A stretch of DNA of 64,000 bases, taken from NCBI GenBank assembly GCA_049320885.1, contig JBMORA010000009.1:384001-448000 (forward strand), read 5' to 3'. The stretch's first letter is position 1; each line of letters opens with the position of its first letter. The notes beneath the pieces were generated by a model. That model was not told where the DNA came from and did no database searches. It saw nothing but the letters and a program-made list of their open reading frames with translations. This document shows positions 49,250-58,631 of the stretch, piece after piece. The stretch comes from Thermodesulfobacteriota bacterium. GTDB taxonomy: Bacteria; Desulfobacterota; Desulfobacteria; Desulfobacterales; SURF-7. The translations under genes and the position numbers were made by a program.

Positions 49250-51009
49250 GCGGTTTTTCCGGATTGAAGCCGAGGCACAAGCGTCTGCTCTTGCTGATCA
49301 AGGAAAACCGTTGGCGACTTTATCTGGCCATGGTGTGCATGATGGTGGTGGCGGCGACGTCACCGGCGTCGGCTTACCTGATCAAACCGGCCCTGGATGA
49401 TATTTTCGTCAGCAAGGACATCATTGCCTTGCGGTTGGTGCCCCTGGCCGTGATCGTGGTTTTTTTCCTGAGGGGGATCGGCATGTACGGTCAGGCGTAT
49501 TTCATGAGCTACGTTGGCGAAGGTATTATCCGCAATCTACGGGATTTACTGTATTCGCGAATTTCCGACCTGCCGCTTTCCTTTTATCACCAGGAAAAAA
49601 CCGGCACTTTGATGTCCCGGGTGACCAACGACGTCAATATCATCAAAATCATGGTATCGGATGCCGTGGCCGGGTCCGTGCGGGATTTTTTCACCATTAT
49701 TTTTTTAACCGGGCTCATTTTTTTCCTGCATTGGAAACTGGCTCTGGTGGCATTTTTTGTCTTGCCCCTGGCGTTTTATCCCATCGTTGTTTTCGGTCGA
49801 AAGGTTCGCCGGGTCAGTACCTTCTGGCAGGAAGCCATGGCCGACATCAGCGTTTTCCTGCATGAGACGATTGCCGGGAGCAAGATCGTCAAGGCCTTCG
49901 GCATGGAGGCATACGAGAAGGAACGTTTTTTTGAAAAAAACCGACGGCTGTTCCGAATCGAAATGAAAGCGGTGATTGCCCGTTCCCTGTCTTCCCCGGT
50001 CATGGAATTTTTCGGCGGAATCGGCATCGCGTTTGTGATCTGGTTCGGCGGCTCCCAGGTTATTTCCGGGCGTTTGACGGTGGGCACCTTTATCGCTTTC
50101 ATTTCCGCCGTCATCATGTTGTATGATCCGGTCAAAAAGATCAGCCGTCTCAACAATGCCATTCAGGAAGGCCTGGCTGCCACGGACAGAGTGTTCGACG
50201 TCATTGAACGGGAGTCTGAAATCCAGGACCCGCCGATTCCCATCCGCCTGGAGCATAAACCCCACCAGGTGGTTTTTGAACAGGTCGGCTTCAAATATGA
50301 AAGCCATCTGGTCCTGAGGGATATCAACCTGGAAGTGAAACCAGGTGAAATCCTGGCGCTGGTGGGAATGAGCGGCGGCGGCAAATCGACCCTGGTCAAC
50401 CTGCTGCCGCGGTTTTATGATGTCTGTGAAGGGCGGATCCTCATCGATGGGATCGATATCCGCGACATCACGCTCCAGAATCTGCGGCGGCAAATCGCCG
50501 TGGTCACCCAGGAGCCGATACTTTTCAACGACACGGTCCGGAACAACATCGCCTATGGGAAACCAGATGCTGACGAGGCGGAGATTCGGTCTGCTGCCCA
50601 GGCGGCTTACGCTCTGGATTTCATTCAGGGATTTCCAAAAGGTTTTGAAACCAACATCGGTGAGCTGGGCAATCGTCTTTCCGGGGGGGAACGGCAGCGG
50701 ATCTGCATTGCCCGAGCCCTGCTGAAAAACGCGCCGATCTTAATTTTGGATGAGGCGACCTCGGCCCTGGATACCGAAGCGGAGATGCTGGTACAGAAGG
50801 CTCTGGAGAATTTGATGACCGGCCGCACCACTTTTGTCATCGCCCATCGGCTTTCCACCATCAGCAAGGCGGATCGGATCATTGTGATTGTAAACGGCCG
50901 CATCGTGGAACAGGGGAAGCATGCGGAACTGCTTGCCGCCGGAGGAGAATATTACAAGCTTTATCAGATGCAATTCGTCCAAACTGCCGGCGATAAAATG
51001 CAAACGTGA
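49246..51009 (+). CDS. msbA: lipid A flippase ABC transporter
   Basis: TM domain plus GMSGGGKS, LSGGERQR, DEATSALD; lpx context. Confidence 0.88.
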   Translation: MSGFSGLKPRHKRLLLLIKENRWRLYLAMVCMMVVAATSPASAYLIKPALDDIFVSKDIIALRLVPLAVIVVFFLRGIGMYGQAYFMSYVGEGIIRNLRDLLYSRISDLPLSFYHQEKTGTLMSRVTNDVNIIKIMVSDAVAGSVRDFFTIIFLTGLIFFLHWKLALVAFFVLPLAFYPIVVFGRKVRRVSTFWQEAMADISVFLHETIAGSKIVKAFGMEAYEKERFFEKNRRLFRIEMKAVIARSLSSPVMEFFGGIGIAFVIWFGGSQVISGRLTVGTFIAFISAVIMLYDPVKKISRLNNAIQEGLAATDRVFDVIERESEIQDPPIPIRLEHKPHQVVFEQVGFKYESHLVLRDINLEVKPGEILALVGMSGGGKSTLVNLLPRFYDVCEGRILIDGIDIRDITLQNLRRQIAVVTQEPILFNDTVRNNIAYGKPDADEAEIRSAAQAAYALDFIQGFPKGFETNIGELGNRLSGGERQRICIARALLKNAPILILDEATSALDTEAEMLVQKALENLMTGRTTFVIAHRLSTISKADRIIVIVNGRIVEQGKHAELLAAGGEYYKLYQMQFVQTAGDKMQT

Positions 51010-51012
51010 TCT

Positions 51013-51783
51013 ATGGTGACGATTTCCATGGAAAAAAAACTGTCGATTATCATTCCGGCTTATAATGAACAGGACCGCATTGTCCATACACTGGAAATGA
51101 CCCTGGCCTATCTCAATTCCCGGCCGTTTCGCAGTGAAATCCTGGTGGTCAGCGACGGCAGTACCGACGGCACCGCAACCGTGGTGCGCGGATTTGACTC
51201 CGGCTCCAATGTCGACCTGCGTCTGCTGGAATATTTTCCCAACCGGGGAAAGGGATATGCCGTGCGGTATGGCATGCTTCAGGGAAACGCCGAGGTCGTC
51301 ATGTTCATGGATGCGGATTATTCTGTGGATATCAGTGAAGTGGAAAAGGGCCTGGACTTGATCCGGGCGGGGGCGCATGTCGCCATCGCTTCCCGCTCAC
51401 TGGCGGAATCGCGGGTCTCCCGTCATCAAAACAGGGCAAGGGAACTCTCGGCAAAACTGTATACGTTTATCCAGAATTTGTATCTCGGCATTTCTTTCAA
51501 GGATACCCAGTGCGGTTTCAAATTGTTCACTTTTCCCGCGGCGCAGTCGTTATTCCTGCAGCAACGCCTTTGCAGCGTGATTTTTGACCCGGAGATTTTA
51601 TGGCTCGCCGTAAGGTCTGGCTACCAGGTGGCGGAATTTCCCGTCACCTGGAAACATATGGAGGATTCAAGGATCCAATACGACAGCTTCCGAAAATTTT
51701 TGTTTGTATTCGAAGAGCTGTTGAAAATCAGAAAGCTTCACCAACAGGACAATACGTCGGCCGGGAGAAGAAGGCGGGGGTGA
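51013..51783 (+). CDS. GT2 polyprenol-phosphate glycosyltransferase (dolichyl-phosphate beta-glucosyltransferase-like)
   Basis: IIPAYNE, DGSTD, NRGKG, DAD, DTQCGFK. Confidence 0.88.
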   Translation: MVTISMEKKLSIIIPAYNEQDRIVHTLEMTLAYLNSRPFRSEILVVSDGSTDGTATVVRGFDSGSNVDLRLLEYFPNRGKGYAVRYGMLQGNAEVVMFMDADYSVDISEVEKGLDLIRAGAHVAIASRSLAESRVSRHQNRARELSAKLYTFIQNLYLGISFKDTQCGFKLFTFPAAQSLFLQQRLCSVIFDPEILWLAVRSGYQVAEFPVTWKHMEDSRIQYDSFRKFLFVFEELLKIRKLHQQDNTSAGRRRRG

Positions 51784-51935
51784 GGGGCATTCACATCAGG
51801 ACCCCCTGCTGGATAAAAGGCGCCGCTCAGAATGCCGTCTGATCAGAATTTTGCCCCTCGTATCGCCGTTGGGAAAACCGAAAACTATTTCTAGAACCAC
51901 CACCATCGGGTTCAGCAATTGTTGATGAATGACCT

Positions 51936-52277
51936 TCAGACGATGGACAGTCCGGTCAGGTAATGGCCCCGGAAGCGGCCTTCATCCACCCGATCGATGT
52001 ATTTGATCCGGGTCGCCAGGGTTTGAATGGGGCCTACCGTATCCTGACCATAATATTTCATGGTGAATGTTTTTCCGACGTTGAGTTGCCCGAGAATGTC
52101 GGAATCTTCCTTCACCAAGACAAACATGGAAGTCAAGGCGTTTCCCCATAGTTTGAACTGATATACCCGATTCAATTCGCCGACAAAAATTTCAACGGTT
52201 CTAAGATTTTCAAACCGTTTGTAGCGATTTGACTTTTCCACCAGAATCGGTGCGACAGCCTCCCACTCGTTCATCAT
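51936..52277 (-). CDS. probable degenerate PilZ-like beta-barrel protein
   Basis: GGGGGAGG RBS; YQFKLW...VLVKEDS...GHYLTGL pattern; canonical c-di-GMP motifs absent. Confidence 0.55.
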   Translation of the reverse strand: MMNEWEAVAPILVEKSNRYKRFENLRTVEIFVGELNRVYQFKLWGNALTSMFVLVKEDSDILGQLNVGKTFTMKYYGQDTVGPIQTLATRIKYIDRVDEGRFRGHYLTGLSIV

Positions 52278-52381
52278 CACCCTCCCCCTGCAGTTTCCTG
52301 GCGGTGCGTTTATCGATGCTGCCTGTTTTTCGCTGCCGTTCTGGCGACATCCGCATTGAATGCAATCGGATGTGCACAGAT

Positions 52382-52516
52382 AAAAAAACTCCGGCCATGA
52401 TATCGCTCATCATGCCGGAGGTTGTTTTTGGGGTCTCGCGAACACCGATGTAGTCATGTCCTGTGCCATGTCGCCAGTGTCATATCGGTTGCTTCATCCA
52501 TAGACAAGTGATGATG
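52382..52516 (-). ncRNA. candidate ~135-nt sRNA or attenuated leader
   Basis: Minus-strand TTGACA-17-TATGGT promoter (52551-52523) and terminator CTCCGGCATGAT...ATCATGGCCGGAG-T7. Confidence 0.5.
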
Positions 52517-52846
52517 GTCGGCACCATAGACCTAATCATATTGTGTGTCAAGAAAAAAATGACACTATATGTGGTATTTTTTTGGCGGCCGTCCCCTGGC
52601 TGATTCTCCTTCTTCGTTACGGTCAGCTGCCGTTATCCTTCCAGGGATGAACCTGATCCAAAGCGACTTGTCATGTCTTGATCCGGGCTGCACCGGGTCG
52701 TGTTTCGCCGGATAGGACGGTTGTCCTATGACGTGGGCAATAACGCAGGCCGTAATCGGGTTCCGGAGGCTTTTCTCGCCAAATAATGAATTTATCATAT
52801 TGAAATAATGTAGATTGATATTTAAACTCCAGGTAAGGGCGGAGAG

Positions 52847-52862
52847 TGGCATGGATATTGAT
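52847..52862 (+). promoter_or_regulatory. possible sigma54 promoter (GA variant) for the PilZ gene
   Basis: TGGCAT-GGATA-TTGAT after an AT-rich tract. Confidence 0.4.
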
Positions 52863-53064
52863 TGATCATTCTATGGATATGGTAAGGGAGCTTTCCTTAC
52901 CCTGGTTCGTTGCTGTTCGCCGGTGTTGGTGCCGGAGAGGCGCATGCCGGCCGATAGTGAAGGGAATCTCAACCCGAATTCCCATGATTAATGGCGAAAT
53001 CCGCCTGCGATGGCGTCGGGGCGGGATTCTAAAATGCATTCACTTGATTCAAAGGAGTTCTCGC

Positions 53065-53457
53065 ATGAATACAGGAGGAGGCAAACGGAGCGTCAAGGAA
53101 CGCAGGGAGCATGAACGGTACGAATTCGTATCGCCGATCATTTTCCTGTCCGAAAGGAATAAAACGGACAAGCCGGATGGCAACAAACTGTATACCTATG
53201 CGCGGATGCTGAATTACAGCGCTCACGGCTTGTATTTCGAATCCGATTATCGGCTGGAGGCCGGCAGTTGGGTTTTCTTTAAATTAGCCCGTCTTTCCGA
53301 CGACGGCTGGAGAAAGGGCGCGTTGCGCGGTTATGGGGCTAAAATCAAGTGGTGCCGTCCACTTGCTTCGACCGAGACATTCGGTTACGGCATCGGCGCC
53401 GAATATGTCAAGCCGTTTACCATCCTGCGATCCGAGTTCGATGTCCTGGTGGAATGA
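53065..53457 (+). CDS. PilZ-domain c-di-GMP-binding protein
   Basis: RREHER (RxxxR), NYSAHG (N-x-S-x-x-G), YGIG; ATG 53065 with AAGGAG RBS. Confidence 0.8.
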   Translation: MNTGGGKRSVKERREHERYEFVSPIIFLSERNKTDKPDGNKLYTYARMLNYSAHGLYFESDYRLEAGSWVFFKLARLSDDGWRKGALRGYGAKIKWCRPLASTETFGYGIGAEYVKPFTILRSEFDVLVE

Positions 53458-53494
53458 AGACGGGCGAAATGTCCCCGGGGTGAGCGGTTCCCTG

Positions 53495-53580
53495 TTGACG
53501 GGCCGATAAATCGGTTTTATCTTAAATTAACATTTGAATATTTAAAAAAATTTGATATTTTCTGATTGATCCGATACAAT
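53495..53580 (+). promoter_or_regulatory. tandem sigma70 promoters
   Basis: TTGACG-17-TATCTT (53495-53523) and TTGATA-17-TACAAT (53552-53580). Confidence 0.6.
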
Positions 53581-53715
53581 ACAAATGGAGCTATATGGAT
53601 ATGACTCTGCATCACGAAAGAAACCGGAGGTGTGGGTGAATTTCGTAACGGAACCGCACATGACTTGCTGACCGTGAATGAGCGAAGGTTAATCTAACAG
53701 GAGGAGACGGCGACC

Positions 53716-53946
53716 ATGAAAAATTTGATAGAGTACATTGTGAAAGCGCTGGTTGACAATCCGGATCAGGTGGAAATTTCGGTGATTGAAGGCAAGGAGA
53801 CCCTGGTGTTGGAACTGAAGGTGGCCAAAGAGGACATCGGCAAGGTCATCGGGAAGCAGGGTCGCAATGCCAAGGCGCTACGCACCATCCTGGACGCTGT
53901 TTCGGCCAAAGCCAGAAAACGTTCGGTTCTGGAAATAATCGAGTAA
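53716..53946 (+). CDS. khpA: KH-domain RNA-binding protein (KhpA family)
   Basis: ALVDNPDQV, GKVIGKQGR. Confidence 0.9.
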   Translation: MKNLIEYIVKALVDNPDQVEISVIEGKETLVLELKVAKEDIGKVIGKQGRNAKALRTILDAVSAKARKRSVLEIIE

Positions 53947-54177
53947 CCGCGCAATGATTCCGACAGGCACTCCGGAAAGCCGGATGCATGCAAGGAAATC
54001 CCCGGGATATCACATGATATTCAGTTTATACGCACGCCCATCAGCCTTGGTATCGTCGCCGCAAGGAGTAACACTTCTTCCCCCGGCGATGGTCTGGAGA
54101 AAGGTGAACTTTTACCCAGCAGCGTATTGAAAACCGTCGGAAATAGCGGAGCGAAAAAGTGCTTTTTTCCCGGAATG

Positions 54178-54202
54178 AAGCCCCGCCCGCGGAGCGGGGC
54201 TT
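54178..54202 (-). terminator. hairpin downstream of csp
   Basis: AAGCCCCGC-ccgcgga-GCGGGGCTT. Confidence 0.6.
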
Positions 54203-54224
54203 ATGCATCATATCACGACAATTC

Positions 54225-54425
54225 TCACAGTGGGACTACGTTGTCTGCAGCAGGACCCTTCTTGCCTTCAACGATATCAAATTTCACCCTCATGCCTTCT
54301 TCAAGAGATTTGAAACCCTGCACCTGGATGGCTGAATAATGTACAAAAACATCCGTGCCGTCTTCTTTTTCAATAAATCCGAATCCCTTGGAGGCATTAA
54401 ACCATTTAACAATTCCTTCTGGCAT
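54225..54425 (-). CDS. cold-shock protein (CspA family)
   Basis: GIVKWFN, KGFGFI, DVFVHYS. Confidence 0.95.
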   Translation of the reverse strand: MPEGIVKWFNASKGFGFIEKEDGTDVFVHYSAIQVQGFKSLEEGMRVKFDIVEGKKGPAADNVVPL

Positions 54426-54690
54426 GTTCACTTACTCCTTTATTGTCGGTTTCGCAGGGAAACCACTTGATGAAATGATCGCCGAATGCACCTTCGGCTG
54501 TCCCGCAGACATCTCGTCTGTTCAAAAAAAAACCGCTTTCCTCCATAAGGCGAAGGTTGTGCGGTTGTTTGAGAATCACGGTATTTCGAACAGACACTGC
54601 ACATTTAAACCCGATATCACATCTTCATGTAAAAGCAAAGAGTTTTTTCGCTAGCGCGAAATGGTATGAAAAAAGAAAATTATTAATTGT

Positions 54691-55173
54691 TTAGGCGAGT
54701 TCTATCTTCAGCCAATTCTTGCACATATGATAGTACACTTCCGAAAGATATACAATGCCAATGATTTTATCATGTTCCAGAACAGGCAACCGTCGGATCT
54801 TTTCCTTTACCATGCGATCAATAATGACCATCAGATCGTCTTCCGCTGTAACGGAACTTACCGGTGAGTGCATCACCTGTTCGGCTTTCAGGCCCTTGAA
54901 CCGTTGGATGTAGTAATTCAACTCCTCTTGTCCGAATTGAATCGCATCCACCATGCAGTTTAAAATCGGCGGTCGCATGTGATATAAAATATCAAACATG
55001 GACAGAACTCCAACCAGGTTTCCATAGCGATTGACAACCATGACGCTAACGGTTTTGTGTCCGGTCGCTCTCGTTTTTCCGTTAAAAATCAAGCGTACCG
55101 CCTGTTCAACGGGGGCGTCGCATTGGATCGTGTCAAATTCCGTAACCATGATGTCTCTGGCGGTCAGTTTCAT
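54691..55173 (-). CDS. CBS-pair domain protein
   Basis: ARDIM, LVGVLS, IRRLPVL, IIGIV. Confidence 0.85.
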   Translation of the reverse strand: MKLTARDIMVTEFDTIQCDAPVEQAVRLIFNGKTRATGHKTVSVMVVNRYGNLVGVLSMFDILYHMRPPILNCMVDAIQFGQEELNYYIQRFKGLKAEQVMHSPVSSVTAEDDLMVIIDRMVKEKIRRLPVLEHDKIIGIVYLSEVYYHMCKNWLKIELA

Positions 55174-55187
55174 TCACCATTCCTTTA

Positions 55188-55529
55188 CTATTCGAAAAGC
55201 CACGTCGTGTATTGTTCCAGATCTGTCTGAATCATCTTCTGTTTTTTGGGACCGTCCGGCAGGGAACGGGCTATGGTCTGGTTGGGGTACTCCGCCCAAG
55301 CCAATATATCCCGATAATCCCTTTTGGCACTGACTGTCGTTTCTTTCAGGCATTCGAGATCCGCGCCGGCCAGTTTCAAGATCGCCAGCCGGACTCTATC
55401 CGGCTCCAGATCGGAAGCCTCCTTCCCGTATTCGGACAGCACGGCATGGGCTTGTTCCTGCTGTTGGGGATCTGGAAACAAATCCGCCACCTTTTTCAGT
55501 AAGATTTGCTTTTCATTATACTCCGGCAT
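55188..55529 (-). CDS. hypothetical protein
   Basis: 113-aa ORF with AAGGA RBS; RVRLAILKLA...DYRDILAWAEYP; 14 nt from the next gene. Confidence 0.7.
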   Translation of the reverse strand: MPEYNEKQILLKKVADLFPDPQQQEQAHAVLSEYGKEASDLEPDRVRLAILKLAGADLECLKETTVSAKRDYRDILAWAEYPNQTIARSLPDGPKKQKMIQTDLEQYTTWLFE

Positions 55530-55702
55530 GCGTCATCCTTTTCGCAGAAGCAGAACAGAACCGATGGGCCGTCCAGCCATATTCCCCGCCACGAGGGTCT
55601 GTTTGTCATATGTTATGAATTGTTAGCACAATCTGCGGCCGAAAGTCAAAAAATAACAAGGCCCGGGCGATGTCGCAACCAACCGTTATATGGCGCGGAA
55701 GT

Positions 55703-56254
55703 TTATGGGGCCGGTGACCGTGAGTCGGTTCTGACTCCGATATAAATGTAATGAAAACCCGAAACGACGGTAAGCAAGGCGGTGCCGCCGTAAAGCCAAT
55801 CGGTGCATATCTCCGGGATGAATGCTGGCCGGACCTGTCGAAATAATTCGCCTGAAATGGTGAAAAACTGTAGGCAGGTGTTGCATTTACTGATGATGCT
55901 GGGCTTGACGGCAATTCGGACGTCGGAAGCCCGCAAGACGCCATATCCCAGCAGAATGACAACATCGCGGCTGATGACGATGACGGTCAACCAGCTGGGG
56001 GTGATTCCCATGATCGATAGGCAGGTGAAAGCGGAAACGACCAGCAGCTTGTCGGCAATGGGATCGATCATGGCGCCGATGGATGTCCGTTGATTCAGCA
56101 TCCTTGCCAGAAATCCGTCCAGCGCGTCGCTTATTGCTGCAACAGCGAATAATGACAGGGCCCAGGTGAACCCGTGGTTCTGCATGGTGATGATGAATAC
56201 CGGTATCAACAGCAGTCGAATCAGGGTGATGATGTTGGGAATCGTTACAGCCAA
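55703..56254 (-). CDS. CDP-alcohol phosphatidyltransferase (PgsA/cardiolipin synthase-like)
   Basis: IPNIIT, DALDGFLAR...G...DPIADK. Confidence 0.9.
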   Translation of the reverse strand: MAVTIPNIITLIRLLLIPVFIITMQNHGFTWALSLFAVAAISDALDGFLARMLNQRTSIGAMIDPIADKLLVVSAFTCLSIMGITPSWLTVIVISRDVVILLGYGVLRASDVRIAVKPSIISKCNTCLQFFTISGELFRQVRPAFIPEICTDWLYGGTALLTVVSGFHYIYIGVRTDSRSPAP

Positions 56255-56276
56255 TTTGTATCCCGTGCCTCTATTG

Positions 56277-57554
56277 TCATTCCGCCGGTTGAAGTTGCTG
56301 GGCGTTTGCCGATGTCCGGCCTGCCGGAACCAGTTCGATGGTTATGCGATCGTCGCTGATTTCCGCGATATTGATGCCGAATCCCTCAAAGGGCTTCAGC
56401 AGCAGGGATTGGGCCAACTGACGTGGTTCCTTAGAGTAGCTGACCTTGAGAACAGCCTCGCCGGCCTTCATTTCGCTGACCTGTATGGTCTGGACGTCGC
56501 TGATCTCCGTCAGCGCCTTTCGGAGTTTGACGAGATGGGTCAGGAGTTGGGCCCCTGTAACGACAACGGTGACAAAGTTGCTTTCTTTTTGTTGGGTTTT
56601 CAATGCCGCAATGATTTGCAACCCAAGGTCTTCAGCGGCGCTCTCGCCGGCGCGCAAGATGGATTCCCGTTCTCCAATCGTCGGGTCAGGCCCGACGCCG
56701 ACATTATTTTTAAGGGTGACGGCGATTTCTTCACCGGTTTTAACCCAGATCGCTCTGGCAGAAATGGTTCCCCTGTAGGTCTGGATGTCGTTGCCCATGC
56801 TGTTTCCGGCCGGTTCCGCATATGCGCTTCCCAGGATGAATACATCGGCATGAAAATATTCAGCCAATGCCTGGGCCGCCTGATTGGAAGGTTCGGGGGT
56901 ATTTAATTCCGGACTGTTCAAGGAGGATGGAAAGATATCGGGTGTAACGACCGTAAAACCTTGTTTCTGCATTTTTTCCGCCATGGCTTGTTCCGCGGTT
57001 GTTTTCGTGAACGGAATGCCCGCCTGCCACCAAAAGACGGTTTTTCCTGCGCTGATATCACGCTCGGCCATCAAAAAAAGAATCTTCGGCAGGTCGATTT
57101 TGCCGGCGCTCAGTCCGAGTTTCGATAGATATGCCTTGATGCGGTGAAGAGCGATATCGGCTTCCACCAGCACACGATAGTTGTTTTTAAATTTCGTTTC
57201 ACTAAGAACACGGTATCCAAGGACAAATTCATTTATCTGACCGTAAATGGCTTCGTTCAACCGCGGAAAATTGTCATGGATCGTCTCAATGGGCATGAGA
57301 CCGGTGACAGCCAGGCTTACGGCGGAAACGAGACCGTCATTGATGGCCAGTTCCCGCGCGACGGCTGTATTCTCTTTTTGAATTCCACCTGTTCCCATTA
57401 CCAGAACCGTTTTGACTTCTCCGGCTTCCCGGGCGTGAACGGCGTCTATCGCTGTCAGGAAGGGTGCAAGGCCGAAAGCGGTGAACCAAAGGATAATCAG
57501 CGGTAAGGGAAAAAAATTCCGCCTGGATGCTGTTATGGTATGACGAGTGATCAT
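56277..57554 (-). CDS. exported protein with FlgT-N-like domain
   Basis: Signal peptide; GTG...ARELAINDGL...AV pattern. Confidence 0.6.
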   Translation of the reverse strand: MITRHTITASRRNFFPLPLIILWFTAFGLAPFLTAIDAVHAREAGEVKTVLVMGTGGIQKENTAVARELAINDGLVSAVSLAVTGLMPIETIHDNFPRLNEAIYGQINEFVLGYRVLSETKFKNNYRVLVEADIALHRIKAYLSKLGLSAGKIDLPKILFLMAERDISAGKTVFWWQAGIPFTKTTAEQAMAEKMQKQGFTVVTPDIFPSSLNSPELNTPEPSNQAAQALAEYFHADVFILGSAYAEPAGNSMGNDIQTYRGTISARAIWVKTGEEIAVTLKNNVGVGPDPTIGERESILRAGESAAEDLGLQIIAALKTQQKESNFVTVVVTGAQLLTHLVKLRKALTEISDVQTIQVSEMKAGEAVLKVSYSKEPRQLAQSLLLKPFEGFGINIAEISDDRITIELVPAGRTSANAQQLQPAE

Positions 57555-57650
57555 GTATTCCTACCCCCATGCCCGGTTTTCAGTTAACAAATGTGACGAA
57601 ACCCGACAGGCGTCCGGCCGCGGGTAATTCGGAGATTTGCTCGTTCGGTG

Positions 57651-58631
57651 TCAGTCCCTTCTCATCAGAGTGTAATCCGCAAGCAGGAATAACAAGTCCC
57701 TGGTTTCGGACGGCTGAAACAAGGCAAGGGCCGTTTTCGCCGCAGTTACATAATCAGCCGCGAGCCTCCGTGTATAATCGATTCCCCCATATGTTTCCAG
57801 CAGCTGAATGAGATCAACAAGTTCCTGGTGGGAGGGGTTCCCATGGGTGATGATCGATTCCATCCGGCGCCGATTTTCCGGGGATGCCTTCCGCAGAGAA
57901 TAAATAAGGGGCAGGGTCATTTTGCCCTCTCGTAAATCAGCGCCGATTTCCTTGCCGAGTATCTTTGAGTCGGCAAGATAGTCCAGCAGATCGTCGGCCA
58001 TCTGAAAAGCCATCCCCAATTTCAAACCGAAATCCGCCAAAGCCGCGGTTTTGTCCGGCGGGGCTCCGGCAACGAGCGCCCCGGTATGGCAGGCCCCCTG
58101 GATCAGGGCGGCGGTCTTGCGGCGAATGACTTCTATATACTGGTCTTCCGACAGGTGAATGTTGCCTTTGCTGATCAGCTGGTGAATTTCCCCCTGGGAC
58201 ATGTCTTCCGTGATGGCGCCGATGGATTGAATGACTTCTATTTTCCCCGTTGCCGCGGCGATGGACAGGGATCTGGCCAAAAGAAAATCCCCCACCAGGA
58301 CGGCCGCGGCGTTTCCGTAAACCGTATTCGCCGCGGGTTTTCCTCGCCGAATGGCGGCCTCGTCCACGAGGTCGTCATGCAGCAGGGTGGCGGCATGAAG
58401 ATATTCAAAAATCACGGAAAAAGTTTTGTCATAACTGCCTTTGTATCCGCACAGTCGGGCGGAAAGAACCATGAGCAGCGGGCGGAATCGTTTGCCGCCG
58501 CTGAACAGGATATGGCCGGCCACTTTTTCAACCAAATCGAGATACGTGTTCAGGTTGTGGCGCAGCGCCTGTTCTATTTCCTCCAGATCGTCGGCTGCGA
58601 GAGCCAGAATGTCGGCTTTCAGGTTGCGCAT
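57651..58631 (-). CDS. ispB: polyprenyl diphosphate synthase
   Basis: GGKRFRP, HDDLVD..RRG, FQMADDLLD, DLREGK. Confidence 0.9.
   Translation of the reverse strand: MRNLKADILALAADDLEEIEQALRHNLNTYLDLVEKVAGHILFSGGKRFRPLLMVLSARLCGYKGSYDKTFSVIFEYLHAATLLHDDLVDEAAIRRGKPAANTVYGNAAAVLVGDFLLARSLSIAAATGKIEVIQSIGAITEDMSQGEIHQLISKGNIHLSEDQYIEVIRRKTAALIQGACHTGALVAGAPPDKTAALADFGLKLGMAFQMADDLLDYLADSKILGKEIGADLREGKMTLPLIYSLRKASPENRRRMESIITHGNPSHQELVDLIQLLETYGGIDYTRRLAADYVTAAKTALALFQPSETRDLLFLLADYTLMRRD

Noticed and set aside
52565..52852. 95-aa minus-strand ORF or c-di-GMP riboswitch (AAAGCCTCCGG word)
   Set aside because: No RBS or motif for the ORF; the GGCAAAC/GACGC elements of the riboswitch are absent
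54080..54115. Fluoride riboswitch-like GGCGATGG
   Set aside because: No complementary TCGCC downstream, no GCTGATGAC motif and no suitable downstream gene
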